A DNA stretch of 63,132 nt, filler included, from Bigelowiella natans CCMP2755 (lineage: Eukaryota; Protista; Cercozoa): the NCBI GenBank assembly GCA_000320545.1. It is 3 parts of 3 records of this genome, joined end to end, with 100 filler letters (N's around TTAATTAATTAA, not from the genome) between each part and the next. Parts side by side here need not be neighbours in the genome. Positions count along the whole stretch, not along the records: positions 1 to 30,778 come from ADNK01002305.1; 2 more parts are not named here. One strand, given 5' to 3'. Positions 1 through 16,959 of this stretch are shown here, piece by piece (position 1 is the stretch's first letter; the number at the start of each line of letters is the position of its first letter). Under the pieces are notes generated by a model, which saw only the letters and a program-made list of their open reading frames with translations, was not told the origin of the DNA and did not search any database. A program made the translations under genes and the position numbers.

Positions 1-280
1 TCCGCCTTCTTCTCTCCTCCTCAGTATTTCCCTTCCTCTTGTTCTTTGGCAGAGCATCCTCGGGCTGGGTAGCGGGGACTCGCCGGATAGTAGCGGGTAC
101 AAAGACCCCTCACAGGAGGACTTTGGCCATACTCCGCTCATGCTGGCGTCGATATTCGGTTGTGCCATCGTCGTCGCTGCTCTCTCGTCGTCAGCGCGCT
201 AATTGCTTGTTGCTTGCAGCTGCAGATTTGCGGACTATTTGATTTTCATATGTAGCTTCGTTTCTCTCCATCGCTTGCAG

Positions 281-775
281 GCACTCCCAAGAACGTGGCC
301 CTTATCCTGAAACATGGAGGTGTGTCGTGTGTTGGGTCTTGATCACGTCTCTTGCGACGTCCGTTTTCATGCAAACCCGCAATACTGCTAGATACTCGGC
401 GCTATTCGTCCTCTTCTGTTACCACCGTGTCCTCATATTCATGTTTTCTGGGGATGCCTACTTATTTCGTATAAGCCCCTTCTCTCACCGAGACATATAG
501 CACATCAGAAACCACCCATTCATCCTCATCTTCTCCCATTCCTCCTCCTTGTGATCGTCATTGCTTTCTCTGTCTCCCCTACACGGATCCGAAACTTACC
601 AAAGGAGATCCATGCGCATGCACCGCAATGGGAATATCTGTGGCCCAGATCGCTGTAGCCAGCCCCCACCCTGTGCGTGAAAATAATAATATAATAACAT
701 AATAAATGATGATGATCCTGAAAACGAATGGGCCGTCTTACACATATCAATAGTCACACACACACACACAACACA

Positions 776-832
<57 letters not shown>

Positions 833-1912
833 AGGGAGGGTGAATGGGGAGGAACCAGCCGATTCACACTGATATGCTTAGCTTGAAGGAAGAGTGCCTT
901 ACTAATGTGCTGCTATGTACACTTTCCTCGACCCTAGTCGGTGCGCAGGTGTCTGGAGGTTGCAGCGCGGTTCCATAAATTGAAAGGGAGAGGAAAGGAG
1001 GGAGGAGTAGGGGGAGACGATATGGCGACAGCACTGAGAGCGCCGGCCATCAAACGACCGAGGACAACAAACGATGGTGATCTAATCCCTGCTGTACTGC
1101 CCTCCTCCTCTTCCACCGCCCGTCTCCCCCCCTCGTCGATGGCCACACACAACGGGGATGTGCAGAAGCTCGAGGCCCTGACGAAAGAGCTGGACGAACT
1201 ACTCGGGGGGTTAGATAGAACAGACACGGCCGAAGAAGCGTACAATGGTGCGACTAATAATGGTATTAACCCCAGTGCGGAGAGAGACTACGAGATGGAT
1301 GAGGAGGAGTATGATGAGGAGGAGGAGGAAGAGGAGGAGGAGGGGGGGGAGGGACACGAGCCCTTTTCACTGATGCAACGGCAGCATGATGCGACAACTA
1401 CCCCAGATCGGATTGATTACATAAAAAATGGTGTGAAAAACAGCATTGCAGAGGTACGTGCTATCAACCGGGAGAGGGAGGGTGGAAAAGAGTGCTGCTA
1501 CATTCTTTATTCGAGCTTGTTGTTCATGGTACCTGTTGTTATTCCATTCTTTATCGTATATATGTTTATAGATTCGATTAGTCGCAGGGCAAATTGGTAT
1601 CTGCAAAGATGAGGAGGTCTTCATTCATTACGGTAAGTTTTTGCTTGTACCATTGATTTCTCTCCCCCCCTCTCCCCCTCTCTCTCTCATCTCTCCATTA
1701 CACAAGCACATACTCACGCATTTATGCATACATACATTTATTATATATACATGAGTAAACATGCATCATGCATGATCGTTCACAGGTTCGATGGACCTGA
1801 AAACCTTTGCGATGAACTATTGCTTCATCCCTCCCATGACGCAACTTGCGGTGGCTATACCTCGTGTGCTGCCTTCAAAAAGCAAGTCAGCCCGCCCCCT
1901 CACAATGAAAAA

Positions 1913-1916
<4 letters not shown>
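281..1916 (+). CDS. 3' part of a probable SET-domain protein (Rubisco-LSMT/SETD-like); 5' exons unresolved or outside the window
   Basis: GT-AG joins stay in frame: ...KNSIAE|IRLVAGQIGICKDEEVFIHY|GSMDLKTFAMNYCFIPP...TGA at 1914-1916. This resembles the SET C-terminal motif (GEEifisYG...ll..YGF). A long acidic exon (949-1453) precedes it. Confidence 0.5.
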
Positions 1917-1948
<32 letters not shown>

Positions 1949-2029
1949 GATGATAATGATGATGACGATGCCTGTGATCGGTGTCCGCTCACGAAAAACC
2001 AAGCATCGACTCTCCGCCCAAAATCTGAT

Positions 2030-3240
2030 CCAACGCTATGTGCATGCGCGTGCATGTACACTCTATCATGCAAGACTATGTTACTACAGCCGTGCACGTG
2101 CACACACGCACAAGCTAGCTAGCACTAGAGCATCGCATTGCCATGTGCATGACTTAGCATGCTGGCATGTGCATGCATGTAATAGACATAGTAACAGTAT
2201 ATATAACATGCATATATGACATTAAGTAATAGCATATATGATGTGTATGTGATATTACCTGTCTGTGATGCATGCGTGTGAATGAATGCGGCACATGTGT
2301 GCAGTGAACACGCACGTGCGTTTCAGTTTGTGCAGCCACAACACCTAGAAATTTTGGTGTCTGATCATTGAGCCGCCTAACTGCCTTTTGCAAAACGATG
2401 ATGAGATGGAAAAAAATTGTGGAGTTCTGGTGCAGTCTGCAACCACCATTTGTTGTTTTTTGTGGGCGCTTTGTTCACTGTTCTCTGACAGACATCGTGT
2501 TCACCTCAACATCACACGAAAGACAGTTGTCCAACTCGTGACCCTCAAGCTGCTGGCTGCGGCAACATCATCAGCTACACGCACGCCGGCACCGTGCACA
2601 GCACGAGGAAGCACCCGGAGGCGCTTCATGGAAAAAGGTCCTCACCATGGGGTTGACGCACGCTAGCACGGTGCACGGTGCGGAGAAACCCCATCCGGAA
2701 TCCAAAGTCTTAAAGTGGCCAAGCTGCAACAACATCGACTCGTGAACAGGCTCAGTGTACAATGGCATGGGACAGAAGTGCTCGGGCGGGGAGGGGAGAT
2801 CATCACGGCTAGACGGGCAGAGGGACCAAAAAGGGGGCATGCAAATGAAAGAGTCAGTCGTCTCTTTTTTCAAAAGTTTTCAGAGGGGCATGCAAGAACC
2901 GGTTCCTCATCACGATGTGTGTTCTCAGAAAAGAAGAGGTCCACCCAATTGTCCCAGCGCAGCGTGTGACAAGAACAGAAGCAGGGGTGCGTGAGCGCGC
3001 ATTCCTGTGGCCCTCATGAGATCCCGGGAAGGTCTGACGAGTGCCTCAACTACTTCTTCGAGAGACAAGTTAGTCATCGTGCAGCTTTCTGGTTCTTAGT
3101 TGGAACTACTCTCACGGCGTTCCCTGAGCCACTTCCATCAGCACCAACGCCTTTTCATCGTTTGACCTGTGCCATGGTGTGCCATGGGGTGCCATGGTGT
3201 GCCGTGGTGTCATCCATCCCTTTGTCACTTCCGAGGACAC
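2030..3240. other. TpA-depleted, TG/CA-rich intergenic island (mutated repeat or gene relic)
   Basis: Hand count 2281-3240: 11 TpA in 960 nt, 9 of them in CTA/TAG context; CpG is retained. Ends in a degenerate 10-mer tandem (gccatggtgt)x4 at 3171-3210. Confidence 0.85.
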
Positions 3241-3275
3241 GTTAGGCGAATCACATTTTTTGGCAAGTTTGTTGG

Positions 3276-9027
<5,752 letters not shown>

Positions 9028-9620
9028 GAGACTCAATATATTTTGCCAGACGGCTAGATAAGAAGACCAAAATTCTTCCCTTTGATTGCAGTGTCATTGC
9101 AGCATTTCATAGTTTGTTGTGAGGCAGTGCAGCTCTATCGTCACACCATGTTGCGCAATGGTGCAACAACAAACACCAGTACTCTTTGGATCGTGCACTT
9201 TTGTGATGACATGCATCACATTGTTCAATGTTAGATGAAATCTCATTCAAGTGGCAAGTAACCCATGTAACTGATTTGTGACTTCTTTGACGCATGCATG
9301 CGGTTCACTTGCGCGCAGCCAGGCATTGTCGTGCCTGCTCATTGGACTGATAAAAGTCTAGTTGTGTCTTGTATGAGCCCCAATCACAGCTTATGATGTG
9401 CATTAGGAACGACATCATTTTTTCTGAGAGCATTATTGTACAAATTGAAGATCAAATGAAAGCAAGATTTGAGCCTGCGTGCGCGCCAATCACGTCTTAA
9501 TTTCGCTGGAAAAGGCAATCGCAATCAACTAATTCATTTCATCTAGGTCAGATTCAATTATTTGACACACATCTAGCATGCTAACATGTTGCTCTAATCA
9601 GATCAATTTGCACAAATTCA

Positions 9621-10443
9621 CTACTTGTGACGGGCCCTCTTTGATGAAAAGGGCTGATCCTTGACGCAGCCCTTTGCTATGCAATCTGCTTCGATTGCGA
9701 GAAGAATGTATGCTTTCTGGAGAGCATAAAAATATCGTGAAATTCGTCCATATTCTCCTGCAATGAATTCGGAGAATTTACGCCTCTCCTCTGGCACGCA
9801 AGCAGCTACAAGAGAGAGATGATGTACTTTCTTCTCAAGTTCACAAAAGTAGTTGCCAATTTGTTCCGCGTCCTCTGCTTCACTTACGTAATCTTCGGCG
9901 GAAAGAACAACATTCTTCACATTCTTCTCAGCGAATTTTCGTTTTCTAGCTTCGTTGACAGCCTGGACACTGGACGGATGCTTGCCACATCTCCCTAGAT
10001 GTTTCTTGGGATTGCGTAAGTCTGCATCGCACCTAAATGATGCAATGATATTCATCAAGCTCTGTGTTGGTAAGCCAATAAAAGCATCACAACAATAAGT
10101 ACCTGCTGCCACCATCTCGTAGTTTGTCAGCGCAAAAGGACTTGTTGCAGCTTAGACGACAGATATAACGATGTCTATTCCTCTCGTCTTTGACCCATCT
10201 CTGTTGATCCTGGCTGAGTATAGCGGCACTGACAAAGTCGTTCAATTTTCGTTCGCTTTCATCGTTGATACCTGCCTTGGCTACCGATTCAAGCATGTTT
10301 TTGTTGATCTCTATGCCCTCAAACTCAAATGGAGTTTTATTGTCTATTGAAGCATGGTTCATCCATTCACGCACATTGTAGATTACAGAAGTAAAATTAT
10401 CTTCATCTGGAGAATTGGTGCTTGATTGCATCGAAGACGACAT
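9621..10443 (-). CDS. Two-exon ~250-aa protein with a BED-like zinc finger
   Basis: A GT-AG intron at 10033-10102 joins ORF 10087..10443 to ORF 9621..10115 in frame, giving YICRLSCNKSF...GGSRCDADLRNPKKHLGRCGKH (Cx3C...N.kkHL....H). Confidence 0.55.
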
Positions 10444-12291
10444 TGATTTAGTCTCTTTTGCACGTGTTAGTAACTTATTGTGAAAGGGTGACTGGCAACA
10501 TCAGTACCAAAAAATTACAATCAAAGTATCGTCAAGTTTGTGATCACATGTTATTGATTTATTGATGGGTTAGTGACTTTATTTTAGGATAGTGAGTGAC
10601 AGACAATGCCAATTATTTGTGTGACATGCATCTTTGTGTCATCCTCGTACAGTGAGAACGTTCGCATTGTCCTGAGCACTTCCCGACAGCTGCCGCGAAT
10701 GATCGTTCAAATTGTGTGCGTTAATCGTTTTAGTTTGTAAGACTTGGTCTCCCTGTACATCAGTGCGTACGTAAAACATCAGTGTCGTATGAATGCTCAT
10801 GCAGTTGAGTGTGAACGATCTCGTGGACGTGGTTTTGCAGACAGGTCTGAAATGGATGTGGGTTTGCAAAATTTGTGATTGTACTCAACCTTGACTTCAT
10901 CATCAATGTGGTGATGCTGAGCGTAATTTGAATCCTGATCATGTTGGGGCAGGCCAGCGGTGCTGATTTTCATCTGGACATCATCGATGCTCATCATCAT
11001 TTTGTCAGGACTCGTTGCAACGATCTTGGGCTTGGATTTTGATATTTTGATCATTCCTCTTTCTGGCCGAATAAGAATTGTCCCGTTGGAAGGACAGATA
11101 CCGCCTAATTTCGGCTAAATATGTCATACATTATTGTTGCAGTAAGTGAATCAAGTACATTTCTCTCCTTGCTACTACGTCCGTATGTTGCCAAAGAGGA
11201 CTCAAAATAGCGCGAGCAGGAAGAAGATACGAGCACGTAGTAGTTCTCTCAGAAGCGGGTGGTAGTCTAGGAAAGATTCGGGTCGAAACTCTACTGATGT
11301 GAAACAACAATGATGAAAACAACAAATTCTTTGGTGGTGATGATGATTGCCAGATCTTGGGAGATAATATCGGAAGATACTGCCAAAATCACTCCATTTT
11401 ACACAAAATACACGCAGAAATACTTGTCGCTTGCTATGATCGACGACTGCAACACAAAAAATCAACACCACCAACGAGTGCTTGTACCTCCGTTTTTCAT
11501 GCGCGTCAAGACAAAATGCTGAGACTTTGACAAATATCGATGGGATTCATGTCATTCAATCTGCGATTACAAAGAGTTCCCAACCAATCTTTTTGTCGAC
11601 TGTGGGTACCCAGCGCAAACGGCATCACGTGTAGACAGGGTGAAAACACAAACACAGATAATTTCAACGCTTAAAAAGCAGAAAATCATTGTCGCACGCA
11701 AATTAGTGCATCCATCAGCATTTGTGATACCACCGAAAAGACTACGACGGAAACACCAGCAGCCAGATGCTGCGCGCTGCTGCCTAATTTGTGCTGCTTG
11801 TACTCCTGAGGACAACATAGGTTCCTATCATCCTCAGTCGCATCATTCTTCAGGGTATATTTCTTAAGAGACGTGGTCATTATCTTGTCGTAGTAAATAA
11901 ATAAATAAATAAAATGGACACAACTAGAATCTCAACCCATAGATCTAGTTGCATGTGGCCATGATACCATTCAGTTGCGCGTCATCCAGTTCACAATTTT
12001 GTGATACAGCCCCAACTTCAGAAGGGTTGAATCTTGATGTTCTCTAAATGAGAAATTACCCAAAAAAGGTTAATCAGATTGTATGCGTATTGGAGTCTAC
12101 GCGACAAACATCTTGGGATGCGTTTGAGCGAAAATCATGGGGTTTATTCCTGATGAAAGACTGACACAGCTTTTTGTTTACTTTGTGTTGATTTAGTACC
12201 AGGGTACTGTACAACATGCTCTCAACTTAGTGCACAGCTCGGAGGTCCCGCCCTTAGGCACACGCTGCACAAAAAAACAGTTTTGAGTGCG

Positions 12292-15200
12292 ATGGCGGAC
12301 GATGGTAAGAATTCCGCGGCAGTGCCTATCAGCGTGGGACGAAACAATAACGACCGCAACCAACGGAAGAATCGTCGCAACAGACGTGCGGCCAACATGA
12401 GCATGACAGAGTTCCAGGATGGCCGGGGTCGCTCTCGCTCGATGAATCGTCGATGTATTTCTAATTGCGTTTTGTACTCTCAAATGTCCCTGATTAATGT
12501 CCTCCGTGCAGACGAGTGGGAATTTATGCATCCAATTACAAAGAAATGGACACTGATTGACAACGAGTCTCACAAGAAAGCTGAGATAGCACTGAGCAAT
12601 GGTAGATGAGATTGAGGTACTGATGTTTCACTGCCGCATCTTCATAATGTTCTTTCAACAGGAGCACAATCTATCTGGATTCCAAGATCTGATGGAACAC
12701 AAATGCAATTGGATTTCAAATCGAAGACATGTGTGTTCTACGATTTATTCTTTGTTTTCACATGTTTCGGCATTGAGTTCTTTCAACATTTTATTCAGGC
12801 AAATCAAAAGATAGGTCATTTGACACTCTGATGGAGATCCACACACTGATTGAATTCGTACCACCTTTACCAAGGGTCCATTAATGATGAGTTCTTTTTC
12901 CTAGACGAGGAAAGATGGTTGCAACTAAGCTACGCTCGTTCAGGCTCTCTTTTGATATCAAAGACCGGGTTAATATAAAGTACATATTGTGTCATGCATC
13001 TCATCCAATACACTTCTATGTACCACAAAGGTTATTGTGAAGCGGTTTCTAGACAAAAATGTCGTTGTAAAAGCAGCAGGGGTCATAGATAAGTAGAATA
13101 ACAACAGACGACATCAAATGCGTAACTATTTGCACACACTTCTTGAAATCAGATTCCTTATTATCGGACTCTATTCCAACCTCTTGCTCAAAACGGTTTC
13201 TCTGCTCCAATTACAAAACCGATTTCGCGTGTCGGGTAATTTCTTGAATCTAATTCAAAGTGAAGTAACAACTAGAACGTTTCAATCATCAGTTGGGCTG
13301 GAACTTTTGTTGTTAATGTTATTCGTGGGAGGCATTTGTACAACACTGCCACTTTGGGAACACAGGATGTGTAATTCTAAATACCTTTGATTAAGAAACT
13401 TCGGTTCATGTTAGTATTATATTTCCACAGATATGTTACTTTCTCGACAGAGAGATTCAAACGGCCCATTTGTCAGGTACTTATATCAGCTCTGTGATAG
13501 TGATACCAATAAGGATAACAAAAATTGATTTTCCCCCCTCAAGACTCCAAGAACGTCGGATGGAGGAATTAATCCATTATTCAACCACATCGTGGCTTTT
13601 CGAACTTCAAGCGAAGATCAAGTGCTAACCGTTAGTGTGTATAGTAGAGGCACGATGCAAGACTCTGTCGTTGGGAAATTCAAGGTAACCCATTCAACAC
13701 TTCACCACAAATCGCAATACAATGTAGAGGATATAGAAGTAAAATGTGGCATAACTTTTGTCTTCCAGATCTCTATTTCACTTTTGATTACGTATCTCAA
13801 CCCGATAGCAGCGGTATGGAACCTATAATTGGAAAATATTTGCTTCCAAGTTCGTGTGAGCATCCTATGATATTTTATGTAAGGGTCTCTTTGGGGAGTC
13901 CACCAATGACATACTCATTAACAGAGATAAGGTTGCAATAGAATTGATTTCTTGTACATAAGAAAAGGATCAAAATTGAAGTATTCGCGGTTAACAAATT
14001 ATCAGTCAAGAAATAGCTTAAGACGATCCGTCTCTGTGGTTCCATCTATCCAAGGAAGAACAACATTCGAGGATCATTTGAACAGGTAACCTAGACAATC
14101 TCGATTGTATTTTGTGATTTAATGATTTCTTTGTCGCTGATAGGATGGTGGGGTGTGGAAGCTACAGCGTAAAGTCTTGGTTTACTCTTTCGAGAAATCT
14201 AAGTTCAACAGATCAATATGCCGGGGAGCTGCTTCTAGATTTTAGATTCTTTCCGAATCCAATGTCAAAGGTGACATAAGTTTCAAATTAGATTGATGAT
14301 ACCTCGCAAAGTCTCCAATTTAACTCCATTGATATCAAGTTACATTCAAACTCTAACTTCCGTTAGATTATAGACTGGAACACTATTTCAAGAGTTGGCT
14401 TGTCAGATCATGTGGTGCGCTCTGGAAAGAGACTTTTTGGACTTTCACTAGGCCAAGCTATCAAACATAGCGAGTAAATCTCACTTGATCGTACTCTTCC
14501 TACTTTTTGGACTTTCACTAGGCCAAGCTATCAAACATAGCGAGTAAATCTCACTTGATCGTACTCTTCCTACAGATTCATTTTCATCAACTCTCGTAAC
14601 CATCTGTAGATATGTAGTTCCAGCTCCAATCGTAGATTGCATCGAAGTAATACGATTTCATCTGAACAGATGAAGACATCTTCATGAATCTCTTGCCACG
14701 TGATTTACTTGCTTTTAGTTCCTACTCGAATTTGGACTGGATGAAGAAGGTCTTTTTAGAGTTCCAGGTGATGCAAAAGGAATAGCTGATTACAGGTATG
14801 GGACATATGGGCAAATGTAACCGTGAATTCATTTTCAGTCCCTTTATATTCAAGGTTGAAGTACGATAGGCATGAACCAGTGTACATAAGTGAAGTTCAC
14901 GAAGCCGTAATATGAGCTTGTTACATTTTCAAAAACCTTAATCTGATGGATCCTTGGTTGCAGGCAGGAGTACTAAAGCTTTACTTTCGTGAGCTTCCTG
15001 ATTCTCTCATTCCACGACGCATGTAAATTCTCATAATTCTATCTCAGTTATGCCAAGGATTCATACAACACAACATTTGCTAGGTTTAACGCTTTTATCG
15101 GCGTCGAAAAGGATGGAGTAGCATTGGAGGAAAAACTCAATAAGTAAGCGGAATCAATCCAGAAAAGTCGAAAACTATGATTCGCATACCAATGAAAAGG

Positions 15201-16851
15201 AATTCGTTTCTCAGATATCGCTATCTTCTCACGATACTGCCGAGGGAAAACTCCATAATACTGCACTACCTAATGTTTGTTACAAAATCTTCTTAGTTTA
15301 GTTTGAAACGACGCTCCATCAAACTTAAAATTCCAACGAAGGTTTTTCCTTTCTTGTGTCGCTGATCATTCGGGGAAAAACAAGATGAAGCCTGCAAACA
15401 TAGCTATCGTCTGGGCTCCGAACCTTTTGAGGTAGAAACATGACAAATCGCACGTGGATTGTCATGTATAAATTCATTTATAGTCAGATGTAATTTTTCT
15501 AACATCGGGTGCAACTTTTTCCTTTTGAAAGGGATGCCCCGGGCGACGAACACATGGCACTTGTTAACATTCCAAAAACTCACCGATGTATTCAGAGCTT
15601 GGTGGAAAATTATGATGAGATCTTCCATGCCAACGTAATTTTTGGTTTCATTATTTATACTTCCAAAGTGTTTCATGATGATTAAACGTGTGAGATATTT
15701 TTCCAGAGGAGTGAACGTGTGCAAGCTGAGAGTCAAAAAGGATCATCAACAACCATCTCTGCCACCTCTCCACATCCAAACGTTGACAAAATTGGATCAG
15801 AAGTTATGGAGGCAAAGTTGGCGCTGCAGCAACAAAGCATCGATCTGCTTAAGGCTCGATTAAAAGTCGGGCACAAATGATCTACTTATCGAGAAGCAGA
15901 AGAAATCTGACTAGTTTTTTATGTTATTAGGCAATGCAGGATAAGGAAGCTAAATGGGTCGAACAAAGAACCCGTCTTGAGACACAATTGACCCACGCGA
16001 TAAAATGGAGCATGCCGAATGGGCCAGATAGTGAAGATGAATCAAAGCCCTCAATAAATAATGTGGCGATAGCAACAAAATCTCCACGATATAAAATAAT
16101 GAAGGAAATTCGATCTCGTAATGGTTCAACTGTCCCAGTCGGAGCCACGAAATTGGTCAGCAAATCGATAGATTCAGCTAAGTCATCTGATGTGCCTGCT
16201 CCACCGAGAGAACCACCCTCAACAGGTGTTCAGGTTATGGTGGCAGAAGGAAAGCTCAAATCAAACTTGAAATCAATATTGAAGAAGCGGCCGGTTCAGA
16301 ATCCACAAGTCATTGAAGTATCAGGTGGCGTTAATGATAATGCCAAAGAAATAAGAAGCGAAGAAACAACATCAGAAGAATCTAAGATAAAAAGTGCAAG
16401 CAAATCTGAAGTAGCTACTAACGTTATAGAAACTGATGAAGAAAATGTACACGGGAGAGAAGCGATAAAGGTCGACGAGGAGGAGGAGCTTGAAGCAGGA
16501 GGAAAGACTAGTTCAATCGGTGATTCACACACTAATGAAACCCAATTGAAATCCGAATCAAGTAATAACAGTGAGGTCTCATCACAGAATCTATCAAGAG
16601 CTAATAAGGAGTCAAAATTTGATCCCCCCCCCCCTTCAACTACTCCTCCCCCCCCAAACACTACTAGAACCCACAAAAAACCTCCAGTGCGGCTACCGAA
16701 TAGTGGGGGAAGACACGTTCCACATCCACCAAGTGGACCGCCACCTGCAGGAGCAGCAACTGCGATGCAACTTCTGAAGTCCAATCAAAATTCTCAATCT
16801 CTTAATCGGGGTCGAAAACCCACTGTGTTCGGTCCTCAAGTTAAAAAGTAA
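12292..16851 (+). CDS. WWE + C2 (probably two) + RhoGAP + coiled-coil/Pro-rich tail protein
   Basis: WWE-like exons: WEFMHPITKKWTLIDNESHKKAEIALSN|GAQSIWIPRSDGTQMQLDFKSK. C2-like: GGINPLFNHIVAF...LTVSVYSRGTMQDSVVGKFK and WFTLSRN...AGELLLDFRF. RhoGAP: LFGLSL, VPAPIVDCIE|FLLEFGLDEEGLFRVPG, AGVLKLYFRELPDSLIP, NKMKPANIAIVWAPNLL. Terminal exon 15931-16851. Confidence 0.85.
14432..14571 (+). repeat. Perfect 70-bp tandem duplication spanning an exon end and its splice donor
   Basis: actttttggactttcactagg...cgtactcttcct occurs at 14432-14501 and again at 14502-14571. Confidence 0.95.
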
Positions 16852-16959
16852 AAAGAAGACGTAGTCATTGATGTGATTGAACAATGTGTAGATCTGCGTG
16901 AAACATTGTCGTTTAGTGGTCGCAATGCTAGAATGTTGAATTGTCACCAGATCACGTGG

